Positions 8,282-17,356 of a DNA stretch of 39,630 nt are shown one piece after another. Under the pieces are notes generated by a model. The model was given only the letters and a program-made list of their open reading frames with translations. It searched no databases and was not told the origin of the DNA. How positions within the stretch are numbered: position 1 is the first letter of the stretch; each line of letters opens with the position of its first letter. Origin of the DNA: Candidatus Saccharimonadales bacterium (GTDB taxonomy: Bacteria; Patescibacteriota; Saccharimonadia; Saccharimonadales; DATKHC01); the NCBI GenBank assembly GCA_038317055.1, contig JBBQBA010000004.1:1-39630 (forward strand), written 5' to 3'. The translations under genes were made by a program, and so were the position numbers.

Positions 8282-9334
8282 TTATTCTGTGGTTGGTGTT
8301 TCTTCAAGACCATATGTTGCTTTAGCTACCCTTTTGAATTGTGATTTACCTTGTAGGTTTAGGAGGATAGTAGTTTCTTTAACGAATCGACTCTTTAGTA
8401 CTTGTTTTATAATATCGTCTCGGTGGAGGGGTTTTTCTGCCTTTTTTAATACATCAGTAATTATGTCCGCAACAGTTCCTTTTTCGTATCCCCATTCTTT
8501 CAATGCGTATATACCACGACCAATTAAAACAAATCTTTTGTCTTTAATAAGCTCGTTGTGTATAGCTTGAGTAGTAACATCTTTCCGCTTAAATTCTGAT
8601 TTTTTAATATCGCTAGCAATCTCATTAAAGTGCATTGGTTTGCCGCTCTCTTTTAGAATTACATATATCTTGTCGCGAATGTTCTTAGGGTTAACAGTAG
8701 GCCATTTTATAAGACCCCATTGACCATTAAGTGTTGCTAGTTGCTTTGATATGCTAGCTAATGCTCTCGTGTGCTGAACACCAAGATCATTGCCTAATTC
8801 TTTTGTAACTGCTTCTATAGAAGTTTGGTGACCAATTTTCTTTATTGCTGCAATTATAGTTTCTACTAGTTCCTTGATCTTTACTTCGTCATGGACAGCA
8901 CGTATTCCGACTGCATGGTAATAATTGTCATTTTCTTCTATAACTACTAGATCTGGGCATAATTCTGCGATAAATGATACTTGTGATTGGTCTATACGAG
9001 TGTTCTTTACTGTTAAGTAACCACTTAGTTCGCTAATTCGAACAATGTCGCCACGGTCATTTATAGATTCTTGTAGAATTGGTTGGAGTTTATTTACTTT
9101 AGGAAGTTTTCCTTGCTTAGCATTGGCTTTAAGTTTTTGGATTACGGCTTTTTCAAGTTGTCGAACTCGTTCTCGAGTAATACCAAGTAACTCCCCTATT
9201 TGCTCAAGGGTTTCTTTGCGATCAAAAAGACCAAAACGACGAGATATAATCTCTCTTTCTCTTTCTCTTTCTATAGTTGCAAGGATGTCATTTACGGATT
9301 TTTCAATGTCTATTTGATTTGCGCTATCAGCCAT
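8282..9334 (-). CDS. CPR-type sigma70 region 4 HTH plus HARE-HTH (RNAP delta-like) protein
   Basis: RFGL..ETLEQIGELLGITRERVRQLE; C-terminal GKPMHF.EI, HNELIKDKRFVLIGRGIYAL; start MADS at 9334 after AAGGAAG. Confidence 0.85.
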   Translation of the reverse strand: MADSANQIDIEKSVNDILATIEREREREIISRRFGLFDRKETLEQIGELLGITRERVRQLEKAVIQKLKANAKQGKLPKVNKLQPILQESINDRGDIVRISELSGYLTVKNTRIDQSQVSFIAELCPDLVVIEENDNYYHAVGIRAVHDEVKIKELVETIIAAIKKIGHQTSIEAVTKELGNDLGVQHTRALASISKQLATLNGQWGLIKWPTVNPKNIRDKIYVILKESGKPMHFNEIASDIKKSEFKRKDVTTQAIHNELIKDKRFVLIGRGIYALKEWGYEKGTVADIITDVLKKAEKPLHRDDIIKQVLKSRFVKETTILLNLQGKSQFKRVAKATYGLEETPTTE

Positions 9335-9524
9335 TTTCTTCCTTAATAATAAATACTGTAATGCTATTGTAAAATAAATATTTATATAAGTCAATAGTTA
9401 CTTTAAACTTAATATTATTGTATCACTAAATGGACAAAACTACACAAAATGTGTACCTACAGTATTACAACAAAACAGATGTGAACTGTGGAAAAATATA
9501 TTGTTTTATATAAAAAACAACTGC

Positions 9525-11813
9525 CTATTTCTTGGATTTTTTGCGCCTAGGTGGAGCTTTCCTTCTTGGAGCCTCTGCGAGCATCTTTTTTGCTTCCGCT
9601 TCAGTTATCTTTTCAGCGTCTTTTTCATCTGTTATTTTCACATTTCGCTTGCCATTTGTAATGTATGGTCCATATGGTCCGTTTGCGATTTTTATACCAC
9701 TATCAAACTGCTTAATATACTTGTTATCTATTTCCTTTTTCTTTTCCGAATATAGTGCAAGAGCTTCCGACTCAGTAATTTTCAATGGATCCATCTTCTT
9801 TATAGATACAAAAACCTTACCAATTTTGACGTAAGGACCAAATCTACCGATGTTAGCAAGTATTTCTTCGCCTTCTTTAGTCTTCCCTACAATGCGTGGA
9901 AGTTTAAACATTTCGAGTGCATCTTCTAGTTTGACAGTTTCTAGGGTTGTATTAGCAGGGAGTGACGCAAATGTGGGCTTTTCCTCATCTGTTGCTTCAC
10001 CCATCTGTAACATTGGCCCATATCTGCCGTAACGGGCTAAGATCGGCTTATTTGTCTTAGGATCGACCCCAAGATGCTTAGTTTGGGTGCTCTCTTCTCT
10101 GCTTATAGATTCTGACTTCTCGACTAGTTCATGGAAACCACCGTAGAATTTCTTAATCATCTCCACCCATTTTTCGTCACCATCAGCGATTTTATCGAAA
10201 TCTTTCTCCGCGTTTGCGGTGAAGTCGTAATCTACAATCGAAGCAAAATTCTTTGTTAGAAAATCAGTTGTAACATCTGCGAGTGGAGTTGGGAGAAGTT
10301 TGGCTCGATCAGCCCCATAGTTTTCGGTTTCAGTGATCTCTTCAATTATCTTTTTCTCGAGTTTTAACAGTTTAACTTCGCGTTGTTTAGCTTCTAAATC
10401 TGATTTTTCTACATAACCACGTGTTTGAATTGTCGAGATCGTTGGTGCATAAGTACTTGGACGACCAATGCCTAATTCTTCTAGCTTTCTGACCAGTGTT
10501 GCTTCGGAATATCTGGCACCTGGTTTGGAAAAAGTTTGTCGGGCCATTATATGTCTGGCATCTAGTATTTGACCAACAGTCATCTCTGGCAAGATAACAT
10601 CTTCACCTTTACGTCCATATACTTTCATAAATCCATCAAAGTTAACTATTTCACCTTTAGCTAGGAAATGTTCAGATCTATTACTGATCTTAATTATAAT
10701 GTCTGTTCTTGATAGTTCAGCGTCAGACATTTGACTTGCAACAGTTCGGTTCCAGATCAATTTATAGAGTTTATTCTGACCTTCATCTTCTGAAATTGTG
10801 GTTTTAGAAAAACTAGTCGGACGAATTGCTTCATGAGCCTCTTGTGCGCTGGACTGTTTAGTCTTATATTGATGTTCTTTATGATAATTTGCACCGAATT
10901 GTGATGTTATATAGTTTTTAGCATCGGATAAAGCCTGAGAAGACAAAAGAGTGCTGTCTGTACGCATATATGTAATGTGACCTGACTCATATAGTCTTTG
11001 TGCTAAAGTCATAGTTTGTTTAACGCTGTAACCAAGTCTCCTTGCTGCTTCTTGCTGCAAGCTACTAGTAATAAAAGGAGCACCTGGTGAGCGTTTACCT
11101 GGCTTTTTATCTATCTTATCTACATTAAACTTTGCATCTACACAATCTTCTAGGAATTTTTTTGCTTTCGAATCACTATCAAACTTGGTCGAAAGCTCTG
11201 CAGGTAGTTCAATATCTTTATCCACAAACTCAGCCGTAACTTTATAACTATCGGCGACTTCATGCTTATTAATCTCTCGTTCTCGTTCTACAATTAATCT
11301 CACAGCAACAGATTGTACTCGGCCTGCACTAAGTCCTGGTCGAACCTTTTTCCACAGGACTGGACTTAGTTCATAACCAACTAATCGATCAAGTATTCGA
11401 CGAGCTTGTTGAGCATTAACCAGATTAATGTCTATAGTTCGGGGATTTTTAATAGCGTGAGTTATAGCTGACTTAGTTATTTCGTGGAAAACTATACGTT
11501 TGGTAGTCTTAGGGTCTAGTTTCAAAGCTTCGCATAAATGCCATGCTATTGCCTCACCTTCGCGGTCTTCATCGCTTGCTAGCCACACATCGGCACCTTT
11601 AGCAAACTTCTTCAAATTATTTACAATTTTGGTTTTATCAGCACTTATCTGGTAAGTTGGTTCAAAGTTATGTTCAACATCAATACTTAAATTTTTCTTC
11701 GGTAAGTCTCTTATATGGCCAAAACTGCTTTGGACATCATAGCTACTACCCAAGTATTTTTCTATGGTCTTTGCTTTAGCTGGACTCTCTACTATTACTA
11801 ACTGTTTTTTCAT
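9525..11813 (-). CDS. topA: DNA topoisomerase I (type IA) with C-terminal GRYGP/GRFGP repeats
   Basis: IVESPAKAKTI, DEDREGEAI, SAGRVQS, ITYMRTDS catalytic Tyr, AQEAHEAIRPT, GIGRPSTY. Confidence 0.98.
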   Translation of the reverse strand: MKKQLVIVESPAKAKTIEKYLGSSYDVQSSFGHIRDLPKKNLSIDVEHNFEPTYQISADKTKIVNNLKKFAKGADVWLASDEDREGEAIAWHLCEALKLDPKTTKRIVFHEITKSAITHAIKNPRTIDINLVNAQQARRILDRLVGYELSPVLWKKVRPGLSAGRVQSVAVRLIVEREREINKHEVADSYKVTAEFVDKDIELPAELSTKFDSDSKAKKFLEDCVDAKFNVDKIDKKPGKRSPGAPFITSSLQQEAARRLGYSVKQTMTLAQRLYESGHITYMRTDSTLLSSQALSDAKNYITSQFGANYHKEHQYKTKQSSAQEAHEAIRPTSFSKTTISEDEGQNKLYKLIWNRTVASQMSDAELSRTDIIIKISNRSEHFLAKGEIVNFDGFMKVYGRKGEDVILPEMTVGQILDARHIMARQTFSKPGARYSEATLVRKLEELGIGRPSTYAPTISTIQTRGYVEKSDLEAKQREVKLLKLEKKIIEEITETENYGADRAKLLPTPLADVTTDFLTKNFASIVDYDFTANAEKDFDKIADGDEKWVEMIKKFYGGFHELVEKSESISREESTQTKHLGVDPKTNKPILARYGRYGPMLQMGEATDEEKPTFASLPANTTLETVKLEDALEMFKLPRIVGKTKEGEEILANIGRFGPYVKIGKVFVSIKKMDPLKITESEALALYSEKKKEIDNKYIKQFDSGIKIANGPYGPYITNGKRNVKITDEKDAEKITEAEAKKMLAEAPRRKAPPRRKKSKK

Positions 11814-11887
11814 TAATTCTCTTGGCTTATGTTTAAATTATCAGTACAAGCTGTAAGGTTACTTGAGACTCTAAATAAAAGCAAGTA

Positions 11888-12061
11888 TTACATGTTCCTC
11901 ATAAATTTGAACCAAAACCATAGTCCCACAAAGCATCCAACAAATGCGAGCAGATTACTCCATAGTCCGAATATACCCCCACCGAACAAGACTGTACCAA
12001 TCAATTGGAATACTAAAGACACGATTCCTATCATTACCCACATCATGCCTTTGCTGCCCAT
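11888..12061 (-). CDS. Small Gly-rich 2-TM membrane protein (57 aa), absent from the ORF track
   Basis: MGSKGMMWVMIGIVSLVFQLIGTVLFGGGIFGLWSNLLAFVGCFVGLWFWFKFMRNM; TAGAAT box 6 nt upstream of ATG. Confidence 0.75.
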   Translation of the reverse strand: MGSKGMMWVMIGIVSLVFQLIGTVLFGGGIFGLWSNLLAFVGCFVGLWFWFKFMRNM

Positions 12062-12131
12062 AGCTACATTCTACCCTACAATAAAGTGAAGCATAAACGA
12101 TTTGACAAATGTACGAAAATGTATAAAAGTA

Positions 12132-12160
12132 TTGACAAAGTGACATAAATTTGCTAAAAT
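12132..12160 (+). promoter_or_regulatory. Sigma70 promoter pointing into a non-coding region
   Basis: TTGACA-N17-TAAAAT, with TG just upstream of the -10. Confidence 0.8.
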
Positions 12161-12166
12161 CGCAAA

Positions 12167-12525
12167 CCGTAAGCATACTATTATGCTTACGTACCTTATA
12201 CCCCCTATTCTAACAATATTGTTAGATTGTTTTAGAGCGTGCCATTAGTAAAGTAGTTACCCTCCACTAAGCTTTTGTGCTGTTATAACTCCTCGGAGAT
12301 TTAATATTAAAACGCTCTAAAACAAACTAATCCCTTTAACTACTCCTCCCAAAATACTTGTATTTCGGATAAGGACCCTTTTGGTGGGTCAGCGAGTTTC
12401 CAAGACGATCATTTATGATCGGCGCATCACCCTATGGATAAATAGTGAATGACGCTTCGCTTAGGTGGGTTGAAGGGTGTAATCGAGTCTACAGCGGTGC
12501 CCACCCCCTCTGTAGGCTCGTTTTT
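12167..12525 (+). ncRNA. Candidate structured ncRNA of about 360 nt, unknown class
   Basis: Own promoter and terminator, multiple nested helices, no long ORF. Confidence 0.6.
12484..12525 (+). terminator. Intrinsic terminator
   Basis: CGAGTCTACAG..CTGTAGGCTCG-TTTTT. Confidence 0.75.
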
Positions 12526-12527
12526 AT

Positions 12528-13169
12528 TTAGATTAAAAACGAACGGGTCTCTTGATTAATTTTGCCGCTAAAAATGAATTCTATCATTATAGCGGTAGTT
12601 TCTTTTTTGAGTTCTTCTATCTTATCAGTTTCGTTTTTCTTAAATTTTGCCAGCACAAAGTCGGCACTATCTATTTTCTCTGGGATCTTAGGGCTAATAC
12701 CGATTCTAAGTCGACTAAAGTTCTCTCCAATATGATCCATAACAGAAGATACGCCATTATGTCCTGCACTGCTACCACCAGTTTTAGTACGAATCTGACC
12801 GAAGTTAATATCTAGTTCATCATGGACTACTAAAACTGAACTTGGCGCAATTTTATAGAAGTTACAGACAGACTCAACCGCTTCTCCGCTTAGGTTCATA
12901 AGTGTAGTTGGTTTAATAACTATTACTCGTGTGTCAGCAAACTGTCCCATAATAAAATGAGACTTAAAGTTCTTTTTATCATGCCAACCGGATAGTTCTT
13001 CTCTACTTTCAACCAATGCATCTACGGCTTCAAAACCTATATTATGTCTTGTTCCATCAAATTCTTTACCGATGTTACCTAGCCCAACGATAATCAATGT
13101 CTTATTTAGACCGATACTGAATATTGGTTTGCTTTCGTTGAAAGATGGTTTTCTTTGAAATAGAGCCAT
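12528..13169 (-). CDS. pth: Peptidyl-tRNA hydrolase
   Basis: IVGLGN.G..F.GTRHNIGF, KPTTLMNLSG, VHDELD, GSSAGHNG, RLRIGI. Confidence 0.97.
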   Translation of the reverse strand: MALFQRKPSFNESKPIFSIGLNKTLIIVGLGNIGKEFDGTRHNIGFEAVDALVESREELSGWHDKKNFKSHFIMGQFADTRVIVIKPTTLMNLSGEAVESVCNFYKIAPSSVLVVHDELDINFGQIRTKTGGSSAGHNGVSSVMDHIGENFSRLRIGISPKIPEKIDSADFVLAKFKKNETDKIEELKKETTAIMIEFIFSGKINQETRSFLI

Positions 13170-13170
13170 A

Positions 13171-14541
13171 TTATTTTGAAATTCTTGTAGTGCTGTCTTT
13201 TTTAGTAAGCTTAGCTTCTTTTAGTCTATCAACATGCTTTTCAAAAAACCAAAACTTAATCGATGTGCCCTCGAAACCAAAAGTTTCTCGTAACTGTCGT
13301 TCCATATAGCGTTTGTAACTCCAGTGTAGGAATTTAGTATGAGCACCAAATACTTTAAAAGTCGGACTAGGATTATCGTTTTCTTGAATTATATAGTTTA
13401 ACTTTGGTGATCGGTTCTTAAGTCCTGCTGGCGGATGGGCTCCGGTAGTAGATTTAAGCCAACGGTTAAGTTCGGTAGTTTTTAGTTTCTTATTTCGTTG
13501 GTCTCTTATATCTACAGCTAGTTCAAATAGTTTATTAACGTTTTGACCAGTCACTGAGCTTGTAAATATTAATGGTGCCCATGGAACAAATTCATAATCA
13601 TGTCTGATTCTTGGAATAAGTTTGTCGTGGAGGAACTCTTTCTCGTCAATACTATCCCACTTACTAATAACAAGTATTAAACCCTTGTTAGACTCCTTTA
13701 CCATGCCGGCTATTTTTTGATCTAAAGCCACACTGAGTTCATTAACATCAATTAGTAGTAAACATACATCTGCTTCCTCAATGGCTGCTAGGGTTCTAAT
13801 AACACTAAAATGCTCAATGCCGTGTCCAATTTTACCGTTTCTTCTGATACCAGCGGTGTCCATAAGCTCAATTTCACCACCTTTATAGTTAACAGATGTT
13901 TTATTTACGTCTCTTGTGGTACCGGCTCTCTCAGATACAACGGCTTGCTGTTTTTTAAGTAATGTATTGAAAAGTTGGGACTTGCCTACGTTTGGTCGGC
14001 CCACCACAGCTAATTTGATTAGATTAGGGTTATATTTAGCCTTAGCCTTAGGTATTTGCTCTACTAACTGGTCTAAAAGCTCGTCAAAGCCCTTAAATTG
14101 AGTTGTGCTAGTGCCAATTATCTGTTTAATACCTAGTTTTTGGTAATCTGTTAGATCGAATTGCCTTATCTTATCTATTTTATTAACTACTAAAAATACC
14201 GGTTTCTTACTTTTAAGCGCTAGTTTTGCAACAGCCCTATCTTCTTGGGTTATTACAACATTAGATTCGATTACTACCCATATAACATCGGCGCTATCTA
14301 GAGCTTGTGAGATCTGTTCTTGAATGGTTGCTTCAAAATCGTCATCAGGATCTTTCATGCCGGCTGTGTCGACAATCCAGAAATCTTGACCGTTATGTGA
14401 GGCTCGACCCATTATTGAATCTCTTGTAGTACCTTCTTCTCTGGCTACGATGGCTTCACGACGCTGTAATATTGCATTAAATATACTAGATTTCCCAACA
14501 TTGGTTCGTCCAACAATAGCAATAATCGGTAAGCTCTTCAT
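13171..14541 (-). CDS. der: Ribosome biogenesis GTPase Der (EngA)
   Basis: Two G domains (GRTNVGKS, GRPNVGKS; DTAG twice) and a KH-like C-terminus. Confidence 0.97.
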   Translation of the reverse strand: MKSLPIIAIVGRTNVGKSSIFNAILQRREAIVAREEGTTRDSIMGRASHNGQDFWIVDTAGMKDPDDDFEATIQEQISQALDSADVIWVVIESNVVITQEDRAVAKLALKSKKPVFLVVNKIDKIRQFDLTDYQKLGIKQIIGTSTTQFKGFDELLDQLVEQIPKAKAKYNPNLIKLAVVGRPNVGKSQLFNTLLKKQQAVVSERAGTTRDVNKTSVNYKGGEIELMDTAGIRRNGKIGHGIEHFSVIRTLAAIEEADVCLLLIDVNELSVALDQKIAGMVKESNKGLILVISKWDSIDEKEFLHDKLIPRIRHDYEFVPWAPLIFTSSVTGQNVNKLFELAVDIRDQRNKKLKTTELNRWLKSTTGAHPPAGLKNRSPKLNYIIQENDNPSPTFKVFGAHTKFLHWSYKRYMERQLRETFGFEGTSIKFWFFEKHVDRLKEAKLTKKDSTTRISK

Positions 14542-14779
14542 GTTCTTATTATCTCTCTATTTGTATTAGCTACAAATTAATTCACTATATTATGTCATGA
14601 AAATATAGAAAAATCTATAGTATTACACTCGTGGTAACGGGAATTGAGATAAATATGAAAATAGTTTGCCGTTAGTTTTAAATTCTAGAGTACTTACTTT
14701 GTATAGATTTTGTTGTCAATAAAGTTCATATTGAAATAAATCAGTACCAGCCAAACACAAAATATATAATAATTCAGAT

Positions 14780-14983
14780 TTAGTTTTCAATATTGACTAC
14801 ACTTTGAATCTCTAAAGATCTTTTACCTAATCTAAAAGCTTCCGTTAATAATCCTTCACCCTCCTGAGTACTTCCTAGAGGAGAACTGAAAGCTGCTCTA
14901 AGCATAGCCTTCCCTAGCACTAAGGTCTGTTCGGCATTCATATTATGTGGATATTCATCGTAGAATTTTAATACTTCACTCAT
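14780..14983 (-). CDS. Hypothetical protein (67 aa)
   Basis: ORF with AAGGA upstream, 12 nt after the preceding ORF. Confidence 0.55.
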   Translation of the reverse strand: MSEVLKFYDEYPHNMNAEQTLVLGKAMLRAAFSSPLGSTQEGEGLLTEAFRLGKRSLEIQSVVNIEN

Positions 14984-14995
14984 AAAATTTGTCCT

Positions 14996-15202
14996 TTAAT
15001 GATTATTGTTCCTTCTCATCTTTTTTGCTAATTGTCTAATCCTATGTTTCATTGTAAAACTGTTTTCTAAGAATTCGACTGAAAGTTCAGGCGACAAATC
15101 ATCGTCAAAAATATTAGCAGCTGGTTCATTAATGTTATTTAGGTACTGTTTAAAGTATACTTTTGGGTTTTTGTTATTAATAGATTGATGCATTTTTAGC
15201 AT
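14996..15202 (-). CDS. Hypothetical protein (68 aa)
   Basis: Strong SD AAGGGAGG upstream of ATG. Confidence 0.6.
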   Translation of the reverse strand: MLKMHQSINNKNPKVYFKQYLNNINEPAANIFDDDLSPELSVEFLENSFTMKHRIRQLAKKMRRNNNH

Positions 15203-15322
15203 AATATTCCTCCCTTATTACTTTGTACAATACCTAACATTTTCAAACCTTACTTTTTTATTAAATTATTTAATTTAGCTAGCTTGCTAAACATAATCAT
15301 AAAAATGATTTTAATAGAAGTA

Positions 15323-15338
15323 TGTGCGCACGCGCACT
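15323..15338. promoter_or_regulatory. CRP-box-like dyad upstream of the CRP-family gene
   Basis: TGTGC-N6-GCACT versus consensus TGTGA-N6-TCACA; GC-rich spot in an AT-rich divergent spacer. Confidence 0.5.
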
Positions 15339-15371
15339 AACTAAAGAAATAACTAAGTATATACTTAGCAT

Positions 15372-16043
15372 ATGAATAAAGCCCCATCATCTTATGCTCC
15401 AACCCGAAAAGACAAAAGTATTACTTCTTATTTCAGTGATGGAACTATTGTGAATTTTTCAAATGGTGAAACTATAGTAAACGGACTTGATGAACCTGAT
15501 GGAGTTTTTCTAATAAAAGAGGGATTTGTAAAAGCTTGTTCTACATCACGAGATGGTCATGCAAATTTGTTACTAATACATAAAGCTGGTGAATTTATAC
15601 CTCTTCCATGGGCACTAGATGGTATTCACCTTACTGGGCTCTCTTATGAGGCTATCTCTGAAGTAAAATTACTAAGGTCTTCTAAAGATAAACTTAGAAC
15701 GTCTATGGGGCATGATGCTTGGCTCACACAGGAAATAATGACCCAATTAGTTAATGTAGTAGCAATTTATACCCAGCGGATACAAATTTTAGAATTTCGC
15801 TCAGCACGAGGTAGAGTAATTGCCGAAATGATATATTTAAGTGAAAGATTCGGTATGCATCAAGGCTCTGAGATTCTAATTGATGCTCCCATAACTCATC
15901 AAGATATAGCAGACTCTATAAACATGAATCGTGAGACCGCTAGCAGAGCGCTAGAACAGTTATTCGATGAAGGACTGATTGGACAAGTTGATCATTTTTT
16001 TACAATTAAAGATCCTGTTAAATTAAAAGATGCTCTTGAATAG
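15372..16043 (+). CDS. CRP/FNR family transcriptional regulator
   Basis: cNMP-binding-like domain (FLIKEGFVK, AGEF) and HTH ITHQDIADSINMNRETASRAL. Confidence 0.93.
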   Translation: MNKAPSSYAPTRKDKSITSYFSDGTIVNFSNGETIVNGLDEPDGVFLIKEGFVKACSTSRDGHANLLLIHKAGEFIPLPWALDGIHLTGLSYEAISEVKLLRSSKDKLRTSMGHDAWLTQEIMTQLVNVVAIYTQRIQILEFRSARGRVIAEMIYLSERFGMHQGSEILIDAPITHQDIADSINMNRETASRALEQLFDEGLIGQVDHFFTIKDPVKLKDALE

Positions 16044-16076
16044 ATAAAGATATAATTATTTTAAAAAGGAAATTGA

Positions 16077-16463
16077 ATGAGCCAATCTATTAGCGATATG
16101 CGAAAAACTGAAAATGAAGCTGTTTTTCGTGAACAAAATGAAGAAATTCAGAAAGGTCGCGATAATACTAACAATTTAGCAAGAGAGGAACATCAACTCT
16201 TTTTAATAGATGATGCCAATCTTAAATTGCATTATATATGTGAATGTTCGGACGAAAACTGCGCTAAACGAATCCCCTTAATGTCCAAGAAATATAATAA
16301 AATTCATGAAAATAGAAAGTATTTTGTTTTAGCTCCTGACCATGAATTATTAAAGATCGAAAAAATTATTAAAATGTATTTAAAATACATAATAGTTGAA
16401 AAAGATATTTTGCCTACTTCAGATAACCCTACTTTATCCAAGACCAATGTCAACAATCATTAA
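16077..16463 (+). CDS. Hypothetical protein with CEC-x4-C..H putative metal site
   Basis: ENEAVFREQNE..YICECSDENC..APDHE; AAGGA SD. Confidence 0.8.
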   Translation: MSQSISDMRKTENEAVFREQNEEIQKGRDNTNNLAREEHQLFLIDDANLKLHYICECSDENCAKRIPLMSKKYNKIHENRKYFVLAPDHELLKIEKIIKMYLKYIIVEKDILPTSDNPTLSKTNVNNH

Positions 16464-16546
16464 TCTCCTTACACTCATTTTAGCCTTCTAGTGAAATTCG
16501 GAATTAGCGCGCTATCCCGAATGAAGTTTGAAATAAAATATACAAA

Positions 16547-17356
16547 CTATTGAGTAGTTTTCTTTCGGAAAAGATAAGTAGCAACTGGGACAGCCACAAT
16601 AAGCATACCCAGACTCCAAATAATAGACATCCAAATATGATTACCAGGAGAAATACCTAACATAAGTGCTCGTACTGCACCAACAACTTGAGATATAGGC
16701 TGATTCACAGCAAAATCTCTTAAATAGTGATTCATACTTTGCGCAGGTACGAATGCAGTACTTGCAAAAGTTAGTGGAAAGATGATCACAAACGTTAACC
16801 ATTGAACCGCTTCAACGCTTTTTGCATATACACCCATAATTGCTACTAGCCATGAAAAAGCTAGTGTAAATATAGTCAAAATTCCGGCTATATACAACCA
16901 TTCTACCGGCGATGCCTTACTACGGAAACCAATTATAAAACCAGTTATAAGCATCACTGAAGTTGATATGGTATTACGAAAAAGGTCTGAGGTAACATGA
17001 CCATCAAGTACCGCTCTATTAGACATCGGTAGTGATCTGAATCTATCTACAATTCCCTTTTGAAGATCGTTACAAATCGAAACTGCCGTAGTCGTAGATC
17101 CAAAAGCCACAGTTTGGACAATAATACCGGCCATCAAAAAATCTAGATAAGTAATTCCTGGTGGTAAATCATTTGCGATTGCTCCACCAAAAACGAGCGT
17201 AAACAATATCAAAAACATTATAGGTTGGAAAAATGCACCCAGCAATTGATCCTTATTTCGGACAATATGAAGAGTACTGCGTTTTATCATTATTCTTGAA
17301 TCATTAAGATACATAAGCCACTTAGGTTTATTTTCGAATACAAGCTCAACAGCCAT
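16547..17356 (-). CDS. ABC-2 (DrrB-like) efflux permease
   Basis: QPIMFLILF, GIVDRFRSLP, FASTAFVP, NQPIS; about 6 TM helices. Confidence 0.92.
   Translation of the reverse strand: MAVELVFENKPKWLMYLNDSRIMIKRSTLHIVRNKDQLLGAFFQPIMFLILFTLVFGGAIANDLPPGITYLDFLMAGIIVQTVAFGSTTTAVSICNDLQKGIVDRFRSLPMSNRAVLDGHVTSDLFRNTISTSVMLITGFIIGFRSKASPVEWLYIAGILTIFTLAFSWLVAIMGVYAKSVEAVQWLTFVIIFPLTFASTAFVPAQSMNHYLRDFAVNQPISQVVGAVRALMLGISPGNHIWMSIIWSLGMLIVAVPVATYLFRKKTTQ

Noticed and set aside
12229-12323. GTTTTAGAGC/GCTCTAAAAC resembles the start of the type II-A CRISPR repeat
   Set aside because: Only 10 nt, arranged as an inverted pair; no direct-repeat/spacer array and no cas genes
12167-12525. tmRNA, RNase P RNA, SRP RNA or retron msr-msd
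   Set aside because: No tRNA-like ends, no GAGGAAAGTCC, no SRP domain IV motif, no neighbouring reverse transcriptase
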